A stretch of DNA of 63,543 nt, the filler included, from Craspedostauros australis (Eukaryota), in the NCBI GenBank assembly GCA_030167865.1. It is 16 parts of 16 records of this genome, joined end to end, with 100 filler letters (N's around TTAATTAATTAA, not from the genome) between each part and the next. Parts side by side here need not be neighbours in the genome. Positions count along the whole stretch, not along the records: positions 34,746 to 37,408 come from JALAGF010003184.1; positions 37,509 to 48,059 come from JALAGF010003185.1; 14 more parts are not named here. One strand, written 5' to 3'. The translations under genes were made by a program, and so were the position numbers. The notes beneath the pieces were generated by a model. The model saw only the letters and a list, made by a program, of their open reading frames with translations, made no database searches and had not been told where the DNA came from. Positions 35,036 through 44,914 of this stretch are shown one piece after another. Position 1 is the first letter of the stretch; each line of letters opens with the position of its first letter.

Positions 35036-36995
35036 GTACATTTTGTACGTCAGTCCCACTCGAAGCGGCCCAAAAAACACCATTTTTGACACAAACCTCC
35101 TCGGCAAGTCCATGCCGCTCCATTTGTTTGAGCTCCCCTTTCGTGAGCACTCTCATGTGTGACTTTTTATCGCCGTCTCCAACTTTGGTGGTGATTGGAT
35201 GGGCAGTTGTTGAGATCCGTTTGTTTCTTTGGAGCAGGCACTCGTTGATCCCATTCACGAATGCCAATCACCACGATGTATCGTGGCGAATTTCTGTGTG
35301 CCCCAGCGCGTGTTAACACGCGGTGGAAATGATCACAAAACAATGTGATACCAACCGATGTGTTCCTCACATGCCATGATCAGTTCCTTGTATCCTGGTA
35401 CCATCCATTGTGGCTTCGTTCATCGTACAACATTGCGGTTGCTGATACGGTTGATAAGTTCTGCAATAGCGTTTCAGCTCGACTCCAGAATACCGTATGG
35501 CCCCATTCAGGGTACGATCGTACGATCCTGCCGATTTTTTATCGGATAACATTACTTTATTAGCACACGGTGTAGCGTCTTGTCGCATAGGCTTAGATAT
35601 GTCTAGCTAGCTTCTACGACACAAATACCTGGCTGACTTGTCCTCGTCGTAGACGAAAATGATGACGTCATTGACGGTCGATGTCAGACTGCAATGGTAT
35701 CGAATGGTGTGGATGGCGATGTTGTGGCAGATTCGGCGCCGCGTTGATTCCTCGCGTCGTTTTGGATTTGGCTTGGTGAGGGGTTGCCTCCTTTGTTCGT
35801 GTTGTGCCATGGAGCACGGCGATGGTGGTTGCGTCCCTACATGTCCACTTCCACGTCCACGACAATAGCAACACTTGTGAATACTACACAACATAATATT
35901 ATATATTATAATACAATATGGTGGAATGGAGCACAGTGACTTCTCCTTTGGTCTGCAAAATAGAATTTGATTTAACACTTGTTATAGCATTGTTTGTAAA
36001 AACAAAGTCCTGCGAAACCTGCTTTGCTTCCCATGGACATGAGACAACATGGTCATCTACTGAGCTGTTGGCATGGTGCAGAAAGAGACTGGTGGCAGAA
36101 GTGTTGTTTTCCGTGTTGCTTCTTGTGTTGTGATTCAAGTGCATGCAGGTTCATTGACACCAAAACAAAAAGCCAAGAGGAGAACAGATGAACAACAGAC
36201 AGAAGCCAATGCTGGCTGTTGGAAATGACTAGCAGAGAGGAGGTCCAAACACGTGGGCAGGGAATAGACCTGAAGTGAGGACAAGGCTGTACTATCCGTT
36301 CATGACCTAGACAATATAATACATCGTTTCTTGTTTTCAGTTTCAGTTCTTTTCATTTTTGACAACAACATCTGTGAACAATACCACTTTCTTTACATCT
36401 TTTGAAAGCTGTTGAGCACAGCTTTCCAATGAATATGTTTAAGTTTAATGTTTCTTACTGCCATCTTATCGCTAATCAAGCCTGAAGCACTTGTGAATTC
36501 ATTCTGCACCATGGGACTGAAGTGGAACTGTTCAGCAAGGCTCAAACTGTGAGGCTGGCAACGTCAAATCCGCTTTTCTACATCACACTTGCTGAAACTG
36601 CTGTTGTACTTTGCTTTCAGCAATTCCTTGCTTTCCTCTTCCAAGGTTTTCATCTCCTCTCATGTCCTTTACATCTTCATCACCTCCTTCCTTCAAGCAT
36701 GCATGCATGGGTGTGGCAACATCATCACTTTTGATGTTCATCTTCATTTTGTCTTGGCTTTGCGACATCGCACCTTCCGCAAACTCAAACAATCATGGAG
36801 CTCACAATTTCATTGCACTCACAAAAATCATCATACTCGCACGATCACCGCACCCATACTACCATGGTGCCATCTCTAAAACACACACCCAAGCCACCAC
36901 TGCACCCTCAATCTTCGAGCCCCCACAAGGAAGCAACAGCAACACCCGAATTGCATCCTGCTTCCAATCCTCCACAATTCCAAGCAGAGAGCGTG

Positions 36996-37081
36996 TGTTG
37001 GAAATCCGGGGTACCCCAGTCTCTAGTAGTAGTCTCTGGTTACCTATTCATGTTATTGCATTGTTGGAACTGTGAGTACAA
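36996..37081 (+). repeat. LTR-like repeat start shared with 59551
   Basis: TGTTGGAAATCCGGGGTA...GAACTGTGAG(T/A)ACA is present at both 36996 and 59551. Confidence 0.5.
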
Positions 37082-37977
37082 NNNNNNNNNNNNNNNNNNN
37101 NNNNNNNNNNNNNNNNNNNNNNNNNNNNNNNNNNNNNNNNNNNNNNNNNNNNNNNNNNNNNNNNNNNNNNNNNNNNNNNNNNNNNNNNNNNNNNNNNNNN
37201 NNNGTACATCTCATCTTGCAGTATTGGTTCATCTCATCATGCATCTCATCATGCATCTCAGATATTCCATCTCCTGCCCTCTACCAATAGTTTCGTTAGC
37301 ATAGACATCGCCGAGTCGTAGGCGTCACACAGATCGGTTCATTCGATCAGATCAGGGTTTCCCATTCGTCACGGGAACACCTTGGTTGAGAGCTCGTTCA
37401 GCTCCTCGNNNNNNNNNNNNNNNNNNNNNNNNNNNNNNNNNNNNNNNNNNNNTTAATTAATTAANNNNNNNNNNNNNNNNNNNNNNNNNNNNNNNNNNNN
37501 NNNNNNNNTTGGGTTGTTCCTATACCCCAGCATCGGCTTCATCATGGAAGTCCGCAGTGGTGTCATGTCGCAACAGACGTACCCCCGCGAGGAGTATTCC
37601 TGCTGCTGCACCCAAAACCGCCGCTACTAATTATATATAATACGATGTGTGCGACATACGGCATCAACAGCCAGCGGGCAATCATAAACGATGGCACTAC
37701 TCTATGTGATCCTCAGACAGTGGTCAGCATTGGCGGCCATAAAGCAAACAGTGAACGTCTATTTGGGAACTATTGTGTACTGTTGTGTCAGAGGACGATG
37801 TCGTGGAGTAGAGTATTGGTCAACGTATAGTAGAGTATTGGTAATGTGTGTTTTGAGAGGGGTAGAGCAGAGTCCATTAACAGCTTCGCGGATTTGTTGC
37901 CTTTTGCTGTGATTTTGAATTCCATTTGCTCTCGCCTGAAGTGTACACACTCTGCCAGTGTTGATACAGCAACTCAA

Positions 37978-40149
37978 TCAATCCAACCAATAGTGGGGCA
38001 AGCACTTGTCCTTGAGACCACCCCCGATCCTTCCCCGTCGTGGCCGCAAGCAATCCGGCTGACGATTCCGTATCCTGTAGGCTTTCATGGAATCGATGTT
38101 GACGTTCGCGATGGAGTTGGCGTTGATGCTGTCGTTGCCGCCAACGAACTCGGAAGGTTTCAGCATCTTGATGAATTCCTTGTCAATGGTCTTGGTTTTG
38201 CCATTGTCCCGCTTGTGCACCGTCCTGATCCACGTCGAGTAATCACAGCACCATTCCATGAAGCTGGAATAGCATTGCATTGCCGTCCCTGTCGTCCGAT
38301 TGCTGTCGCTGTTACCCTCGCCGCGAGCGTCTACCGTGTCATCTTGCGGCACGATGATTTCGCAAAACGATGTGGTCACTTTGCGTTTGGATTTGTTGAG
38401 TGCAATCGACATTGGTAGCGTCTGACTGAACGAAGATGGCGTACCAGCCACCACAACATCCGCGTAGCTCAACAAGAGCTGGTCCATCGCTGTGTCTGTC
38501 CATCCCTTCAGGCATTGCTGCGTTTCCGCGGAGTCATCGTTGTCAGCAGTGTTTCCATTGTGGCGGTGTTGCTGCTGCTGGTTGTTCGCACTATGCATAT
38601 CGCCGGCAGCGATGAACTCTTCCTGAGTTGCACCTTGATGATCACCAACACCCTCGTGGTTGTTTTGCTTCCGTGCATTTTGAACGTGCGCTGCCTCACC
38701 GAATAGGACGCCTTCGCCATCTTTTGGACGCACCTGCAAAGGCAAGTCCAAGAGTCGGATTGCATTTCCCGACCTCCATGCCGGCACAAGCGATGACAGC
38801 AGTGCCGACGCGTGCACCAACTCCGACCGAAACAGCTCAATCATGGCAGGCGTGTCCGTCGCCACGTAGATGGCCGGATGGTGCCCGTTGAGAAGCGCCG
38901 ACACGTCGGACGATGCAAAGATGTTGCGAACTATCAATTCGCACACATCGCGCACGTACTGCTGCGGGCTGTCGATGGCACGTCCCTTCCTGACAAAGTC
39001 GCCGCCCTCCCCGTTGCCCGCGCGGACGTGGACACCAATCACGAAGGCATTCGCGAAGTTGGCCCGCAGGTATTGATCGAGACGTCTGGAATGGCGGAAA
39101 CGCGATCTCAGCGATGAGTAGAATTCGAAATCGGACGTCACTTTCTGTTCCTGGCATGGGCATTGCGCATCGGAGGGCGCAGCCGCAGTTTCATCGACGC
39201 GAGCATCTGCCTCGCTGTGAATACGCATACCCGTCCGTTGCAGGGCGACGAATCCTGGCACTTCGTTGAAGAAGGCGATGATCTGGTTCGTGGACGGAAC
39301 ATGTTGCAGTTCTTGCTGTGTCTGCGGTCGGAAGAGGTAGGAGAAAACCTCGACGGGATGCTGCTCACCGCACCAACCCCAGAACGAACGCAATGCCCAC
39401 CCACGCTGCCTCGCCACGTACGCCGCCGAGGACATGCGGATCAGGCGATGTCCCAAGCCGCAGCAAGCGTAGTAATCGACCGACGCCTTGTCTTCCAGCG
39501 GATCATCCGTTCTGCGTGATATCTGTGGGTGCGGTTGTGGATGTGAGGGCTGGTGCTGGCGCTGATGCATTCCATTGTCTTCACGAACGCCATCCTCGTC
39601 GCCCTCGTCTCCGCTCAAGTGATACTGCTGCTGCTGCTGCTGTTGTTGTTGCTTCTGGCGAAGCTTCTTCACAATCTGGACTGTATCATCATTCTCGATC
39701 TCCCTTTCCGCATGCGATGCAGCCGGTTGCTGCTGCTGCTGCTGCTGCTGCGACAACACCAGATCATGCGGCCTCATCGCTTCTGTCTGCTGGAAGGACC
39801 GCCATGCTCGGAACGAGGCGCAAAGGTAAAGGAGGGCGAAGGCAGCACACGAGACTTGGCACCACAGAGTCACCTTCTTGCGTCGGCCCAGACCCACGCC
39901 TGTGGCATCCCTCCGTGCCATCCTTCTCCCCTCTGCCCCCTTGCTGCGGAACTCGACATCTGGTGCTCCTCTGCTTCCTGTTGCAATGGAAGACTCGACG
40001 ATGGCCAGGGTATCTTTGTGGATCAACATGACACCAACGCCAACAACGCACTGTGTGTTGGTTGTTGCCCAATCGAGTTCTCCCACAAAATGACTGACCG
40101 TGTTCTTCTCCTCGATTTGTGTTCGCCTTCGTGTCTCCACGGTACTCAT
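37978..40149 (-). CDS. Type-II membrane NodZ/alpha-1,6-fucosyltransferase-like glycosyltransferase (GT-B fold); likely start 39921
   Basis: Basic stretch RRKK plus a signal anchor, poly-Q stem, CCGLGHRL (GxGNxL-like motif), VIGVHVRAGN (fucosyltransferase motif I, HxR), IYVATDT (motif II) and DQLLLSYADVVVAG..SSF (motif III). Confidence 0.75.
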   Translation of the reverse strand: MSTVETRRRTQIEEKNTVSHFVGELDWATTNTQCVVGVGVMLIHKDTLAIVESSIATGSRGAPDVEFRSKGAEGRRMARRDATGVGLGRRKKVTLWCQVSCAAFALLYLCASFRAWRSFQQTEAMRPHDLVLSQQQQQQQQPAASHAEREIENDDTVQIVKKLRQKQQQQQQQQQYHLSGDEGDEDGVREDNGMHQRQHQPSHPQPHPQISRRTDDPLEDKASVDYYACCGLGHRLIRMSSAAYVARQRGWALRSFWGWCGEQHPVEVFSYLFRPQTQQELQHVPSTNQIIAFFNEVPGFVALQRTGMRIHSEADARVDETAAAPSDAQCPCQEQKVTSDFEFYSSLRSRFRHSRRLDQYLRANFANAFVIGVHVRAGNGEGGDFVRKGRAIDSPQQYVRDVCELIVRNIFASSDVSALLNGHHPAIYVATDTPAMIELFRSELVHASALLSSLVPAWRSGNAIRLLDLPLQVRPKDGEGVLFGEAAHVQNARKQNNHEGVGDHQGATQEEFIAAGDMHSANNQQQQHRHNGNTADNDDSAETQQCLKGWTDTAMDQLLLSYADVVVAGTPSSFSQTLPMSIALNKSKRKVTTSFCEIIVPQDDTVDARGEGNSDSNRTTGTAMQCYSSFMEWCCDYSTWIRTVHKRDNGKTKTIDKEFIKMLKPSEFVGGNDSINANSIANVNIDSMKAYRIRNRQPDCLRPRRGRIGGGLKDKCLPHYWLD

Positions 40150-40646
40150 TTAAACCTTCCAAATCATAAGCTTCTTCACAAGATCCACATATTCGTGACT
40201 CGATCGATGCGACCACATCAATCCTCAACGTGGAAGATCGTGACACCAACACGTGACAACAATCAACCACAACAAATCACCACACAAAAACTCCACATGA
40301 CATCCGATCTTTTCGTCTCGTTTCTTGGTTTGCAACTCACCTTGTTGATTGCGAGTTGGTTGTGGGGGGAAGGGCATCAACACCCTTGTACACACTGCAC
40401 TCATACCGCAAGAACGATCATCATCTCTATTCGATCGACCTTCCAAACATTCCCACAGTCTCCAATTCCAATTCCAATTCCAATTACAACTATTCTATAA
40501 CTCTGTAGAGAGCAGTTTTGAACACTGACACTGAAGACTCGCAACGAAGAAGCCATCGGCGAAGTGAGAAGCATCAAGCACGATCTACACATTCCGATCT
40601 TTTGTCAAGCCATCAAAGGAACGCAGGAACAGCAACAATCGCTATT

Positions 40647-42989
40647 ATGGGAACGTCACAATCCAAGGCGACGAGCATGCTCGTTGCATGCGCCGTGCTG
40701 TCGGCCTCCATCCAATCGGCGCATGCACGCCCATCCTTCATCGCGCCGTCATCGGCTGTTCCATTAGCATCATCGCATCCCGCGTTCGCGAGCAGCACAA
40801 TGCTGGCCGTGCGAGGTGGAGATGCGGATGTGGAGCAGCAGGCAGATGCGCGGGAAGCTGTCGCTGAGAGCAATTCCGACGATCAAGATAGTTTGGATGA
40901 CAAGGTCTATGCGGCAATGAAGAGACTTGGTTTGTCGCCACCGCCTGCAGCAGCGGATGGAGCATCGGCGGATGGAGCATCGGCACCCGACGACATGGAC
41001 TGTTCCGATGGTGTGTGCAAGCCAAAGGAGCTCGCGTCTGCTGCTGCGGTTGCCGTGAATCCCTATGAACTGTCCAAGCAACTGGCATCCGAAATGGGCG
41101 TCGACGAATCATTGACGTTGGCAGCGGTCAGTGCCACGAAGCGGATGGGGGAAACAGAGAACACCTATGTCTACGACGAGACTGCGGCGCGTGACATGAT
41201 CCAGACGGAGCTGGATTTCATTGCGCAAATCAGCGAGGATAACGAGGAAGTGCAGCAGCTTCTGTCGGAAGGATTCGATGCCTTTATGGTGCGTCGGGCG
41301 CTGGCATATTCGGACAACAACATCGAGGATGCGCGCGCCATTCTCATTGCAGAGAAAGAGGATCTGGAGGAGGCAAAGGCCGCACCGGGAACGGTCGAAG
41401 TCAAGCTCAACTTCGATCCGACTGCCGTCGATTCCAACGCGAAGCCACCGGCCATGCCGGCCACGAACAACGCGAGTGCGAACAAAAGCAAAGACAACCT
41501 GCCAAAGCCAGCGGACAAGGCATCCGTCGTCTTCGAGGCCACGACCGAGCAGCTGCAGGAGCTGGTGCTCGAATCTCCCGTGCCAGTGCTGCTCGACATT
41601 TACGCCGACTGGTGCGGACCCTGCAAGGTCCTCGGCCCAGCGCTGGAGGACATGGCCGTCAAGGCAGGTGGCATCTTCCGCCTCGTCAAGGTCAACTCCG
41701 ACAACGAACGGCCCGTCAGCGCGGCGCTCGGTGTCACGGCGCTGCCCACAGTCTTTGGATTCCGCGATGGCAAGATCGTGCACATGTTCGAGGGCATGCC
41801 GCGTGACGAGAAGATGATGCAGAATTTCATGATGGGGTTGTTCGGTGCCGCACCATTCTCGCCACCCGTCACTGCTGAGCAGACCGAGAAGTACGCAGAG
41901 CTCACCAACAAGCTCATCAAGACCGCCAGCGCCGCCAGCTTCTCCTTCTCGCAACGCGAACGTCTCGTGGACCGCATCAAGGGCAAGCTGGATGATCTGG
42001 TTCAGGACGTCACCGTCAAGGACGTGGAGCAATCGGCCAAGCTGCTGCGCACGCTCTTCTCCAACATCCTCAAGCGCCCGACGGAGGAGAAGTACCGCAA
42101 GATCAACCTCGACAACGCCAAGATCAAGGACGCCATCGCGCACCACGGACCTGCATTGGCCATCCTCAAACTGGCGGGTTTCCGCAAGGAATCCACCAAC
42201 ATGATCCTGGGCAAGGGCAAGAAGGTAGTCAACGTGGCGCCGATCGTCGCTGCACGCGATTGCATCGACAAATGGATCCAGATGAACCGCCGCGAGATGG
42301 CCGCCGCCGCACGCAAGCATCAGGATGAGCTCGATCGTCAGCGATTGCAGGCCGAGGCAGAAGCGCGCGGCGACGTGGAGGAAGACGATGAAGAGGAAGA
42401 GGACGTTGAGGAGGTCGATCCCAACGCGTGCACGTTGAAGCTGAGGCTGGACGGTAAGAAGAAGGTCCATGAAGTCGTGCTCGACAAGAATGCGCCGCTC
42501 AAGGATATCCTGACATCGCTGGCCGTCGACGAAGGAGCGCAGAACGACATCCAGGTCACATGCGTCGCGAAGCGGCTCATCATCAAGTCGACGGATGAGG
42601 GTGCGATGGACAAGTCCCTGGCAGAGCATGGCCTGTTCCCATCCGCCGCGTTGGTGGTCAAGGTTGTTGTTGCGGACGGCAAGGACGCAGCATCGGCCAG
42701 CAGCTCCATCAAGGACCGTGCCGCCAAGCGCAAGCTGAAGAAGGGCAGCCACACCATGCAGAGCATCGGGATTTACGCCAAGGATGACAACAACAAAGCC
42801 GAGCTAATCGATGGCGGTGGTGGTGTCTGGTACGAGCACGATATCAGCGACGATGAAGAAGATGACAAGGCCGACGGTGATGCCGATGCTGGTGAAGCAT
42901 CAGGAACATCAGAAAGTGCGGCAGCAGAAGCTGATGCCGATGTTGAAGAAGAGCAAGGTGATGGCGAGGATGGCGAAACATCAGAATAG
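40647..42989 (+). CDS. Signal-peptide-bearing UBA-thioredoxin-PUB-UBX-like protein (sPUB-like p97/Cdc48 cofactor)
   Basis: ATG at 40647. Signal peptide MLVACAVLSASIQSAHA followed by a Ser/Ala-rich transit-like stretch. UBA (EGFDAFMVRRALAYSDNNIEDARAIL), Trx with WCGPC, PUB (LRTLFSNILKRPTEEKYRKINLDN...ILKLAGF) and a ubiquitin-like C-domain ending SLAEHGLFPSAAL. Confidence 0.85.
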   Translation: MGTSQSKATSMLVACAVLSASIQSAHARPSFIAPSSAVPLASSHPAFASSTMLAVRGGDADVEQQADAREAVAESNSDDQDSLDDKVYAAMKRLGLSPPPAAADGASADGASAPDDMDCSDGVCKPKELASAAAVAVNPYELSKQLASEMGVDESLTLAAVSATKRMGETENTYVYDETAARDMIQTELDFIAQISEDNEEVQQLLSEGFDAFMVRRALAYSDNNIEDARAILIAEKEDLEEAKAAPGTVEVKLNFDPTAVDSNAKPPAMPATNNASANKSKDNLPKPADKASVVFEATTEQLQELVLESPVPVLLDIYADWCGPCKVLGPALEDMAVKAGGIFRLVKVNSDNERPVSAALGVTALPTVFGFRDGKIVHMFEGMPRDEKMMQNFMMGLFGAAPFSPPVTAEQTEKYAELTNKLIKTASAASFSFSQRERLVDRIKGKLDDLVQDVTVKDVEQSAKLLRTLFSNILKRPTEEKYRKINLDNAKIKDAIAHHGPALAILKLAGFRKESTNMILGKGKKVVNVAPIVAARDCIDKWIQMNRREMAAAARKHQDELDRQRLQAEAEARGDVEEDDEEEEDVEEVDPNACTLKLRLDGKKKVHEVVLDKNAPLKDILTSLAVDEGAQNDIQVTCVAKRLIIKSTDEGAMDKSLAEHGLFPSAALVVKVVVADGKDAASASSSIKDRAAKRKLKKGSHTMQSIGIYAKDDNNKAELIDGGGGVWYEHDISDDEEDDKADGDADAGEASGTSESAAAEADADVEEEQGDGEDGETSE

Positions 42990-43837
42990 GCCGAAGAATG
43001 AATCAACGAAGTGCCCAATTGAAAGGCTGAACTATTAGAATGGAGTTGTTGTCACGTACCACGATGACTCTTCTCTTCTCTACCATACAACTTCAATTCC
43101 TGGAAGTCCAGTTGGATCAGTTTGCTTCGGAGGAATAACTCTCGGCGGTTGGCAACGTCCATGGCAGACAGGTTCGACCGGCAGTACGGGAGGAGAAGAG
43201 CCGAGAGCGTGGCATTCACACGAACTCCGGATGCAGCACGTTCTTCAAACCTTGGCGGTCGGAGAGGTGGGCGAGGTTGGAGATGCTTCGACCTTGGTTG
43301 CCATACAGTCCGCTCACGTGCTTCTCCGATCTGTGCTCTCTGCAAGTCTGCTACGCCCACCATTCGTTTTTGCCACCCAACGGCCACGGCACTTCACTTC
43401 GCTGATTCACGCTTTCCGATCAATGCACATAGGGCACTATGGTTGATCTCTTGGCCCCCATCATAATAGATCTTCCCCTTCGTCCTTGGAGGAGATACAC
43501 GTACCTCGAGGACAAGACCGTGATGGTACACCATGCCACACCAAAACAAGTGGTTGAGCACTTGGCTATTATTATTCTATAATTTATTTTCATGTATCAT
43601 ACGCGCACTGTACTTCGCATTAAGTGAGCTGGTGCGTATGGTATGCCAGGTCGTACAGTGCGGTTATGATGTTTCACGTGAGCAATTCTCTCTCTCTAGA
43701 TTCTATTATGTAATACTTTAAATTCACATTGGTCCGTACACAGCCGTGCCATCCCCGATGAAGTATGATTCCCCAGTACTCTACTATAATACTCTATAAT
43801 ACTCAAAGGCGTTCAGCCTCTGCGTGTGCATCGTTCC

Positions 43838-44914
43838 TTACGGCTCCTCCAGAACGTTTTCAATCTCCGAGATGAGGGAGATGAGATGCACCTGATTCTT
43901 CGACCTGAAATTGCCTGCGCCGGGATGCCGCGAAGTTCGACGACGTGCCTTGGGCGGTGCGAGGATCTTGGAGAGCCGCTGCATGTCAGATTTGCGGAAG
44001 CTCGGCATCGATGTGGAATGCTTGAGGCAAGGTTGGATAAGCGTTGGTATTGACGTTGGAATTGTGCTGGTGGCTTGAACAGGATCGGCGTGCGGTTCGG
44101 CAACTTCCGGCGTCTTGGTTTGCGCCTTGGAGTGCAGCATTTTCCATTCTTCGATTTCGCGCGCCAGCTTGGAGTTGGGGATGAGCTTCGATGGTCGCAG
44201 CTTCTCCGTTGTGACGGGACAGACGTATCCGGAGCTCTCGAGCCATCGCAGGATGTGCTTGCGTTCGAAGTTGATGCCGTTACGTGCCATGACGGGATCC
44301 GCCATGACCTGGTTGGTGAGAGCGCACTTGAAGTGGCTGGGCGGTGCCGAGACGACGTTATCGAATCCCTTCTTTTCCTCCTGCTCGCTGGATCGGTTGG
44401 AGCGTGTTCTTCGTGATCTCATCAGAGCCTTTCTCGTCGACGACGAGGACGGCGAGGAGGAAGACGATGCCATGCCTGCCATCTTTGGGAATGATGGGCA
44501 GGAATGCGAATGATGCAGCGTTGTGGTGGTGCATTCGGCGCTGTCGTCATCATGCATCTGGATCCATTGCTCGATCTTCCACTTGAGGGTTTTGTTGGAT
44601 ACCAGATTGGAGGGACGCAGGGGACGCCCGGTGACCGGGCAGAAGGTGTGGCCGCCCTCAAGCCATGCCAGGATGTGGCTGCGCTCGAAGTGATCGCCGT
44701 ATCGCGTCATCATGGGGTCCGTCATGATCTCGTTGGAGAGAGGGCAGAGGAACTCCTTGGGGATGGCAGCGGCGATGGAATCACTGCCGCAGCTGCTGGT
44801 CTTGCTCATGCTTTTTCTCGTGCCTTTGTTCATGACATCATCGGCTTTGTCGCCATTGACGGTGCACATGGGCGCCATCTCGATGGGTTCGTTTTGCTCG
44901 TCGATGGTGTTCAT
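43838..44914 (-). CDS. Protein with two U-box domains (putative E3 ubiquitin ligase)
   Basis: ATG at 44914 (MNTIDEQ). U-box 1 is IPKEFLCPLSNEIMTDPM...FERSHILAWL...CPVTGRPL...NKTLKWKIEQW. U-box 2 is PSHFKCALTNQVMADPV...FERKHILRWL...CPVTTEKL...NSKLAREIEEW. Confidence 0.9.
   Translation of the reverse strand: MNTIDEQNEPIEMAPMCTVNGDKADDVMNKGTRKSMSKTSSCGSDSIAAAIPKEFLCPLSNEIMTDPMMTRYGDHFERSHILAWLEGGHTFCPVTGRPLRPSNLVSNKTLKWKIEQWIQMHDDDSAECTTTTLHHSHSCPSFPKMAGMASSSSSPSSSSTRKALMRSRRTRSNRSSEQEEKKGFDNVVSAPPSHFKCALTNQVMADPVMARNGINFERKHILRWLESSGYVCPVTTEKLRPSKLIPNSKLAREIEEWKMLHSKAQTKTPEVAEPHADPVQATSTIPTSIPTLIQPCLKHSTSMPSFRKSDMQRLSKILAPPKARRRTSRHPGAGNFRSKNQVHLISLISEIENVLEEP

Noticed and set aside
12835..40149. 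Sulfotransferase plus fucosyltransferase plus SIT as a cell-wall or exopolysaccharide gene cluster
   Set aside because: The genes lie on different artificially joined contigs, so linkage is unsupported.
41109..42752. 547-aa antisense ORF, and similar shadow ORFs over other genes
   Set aside because: These are by-products of high GC3 codon usage on the coding strand and show no recognisable motifs.
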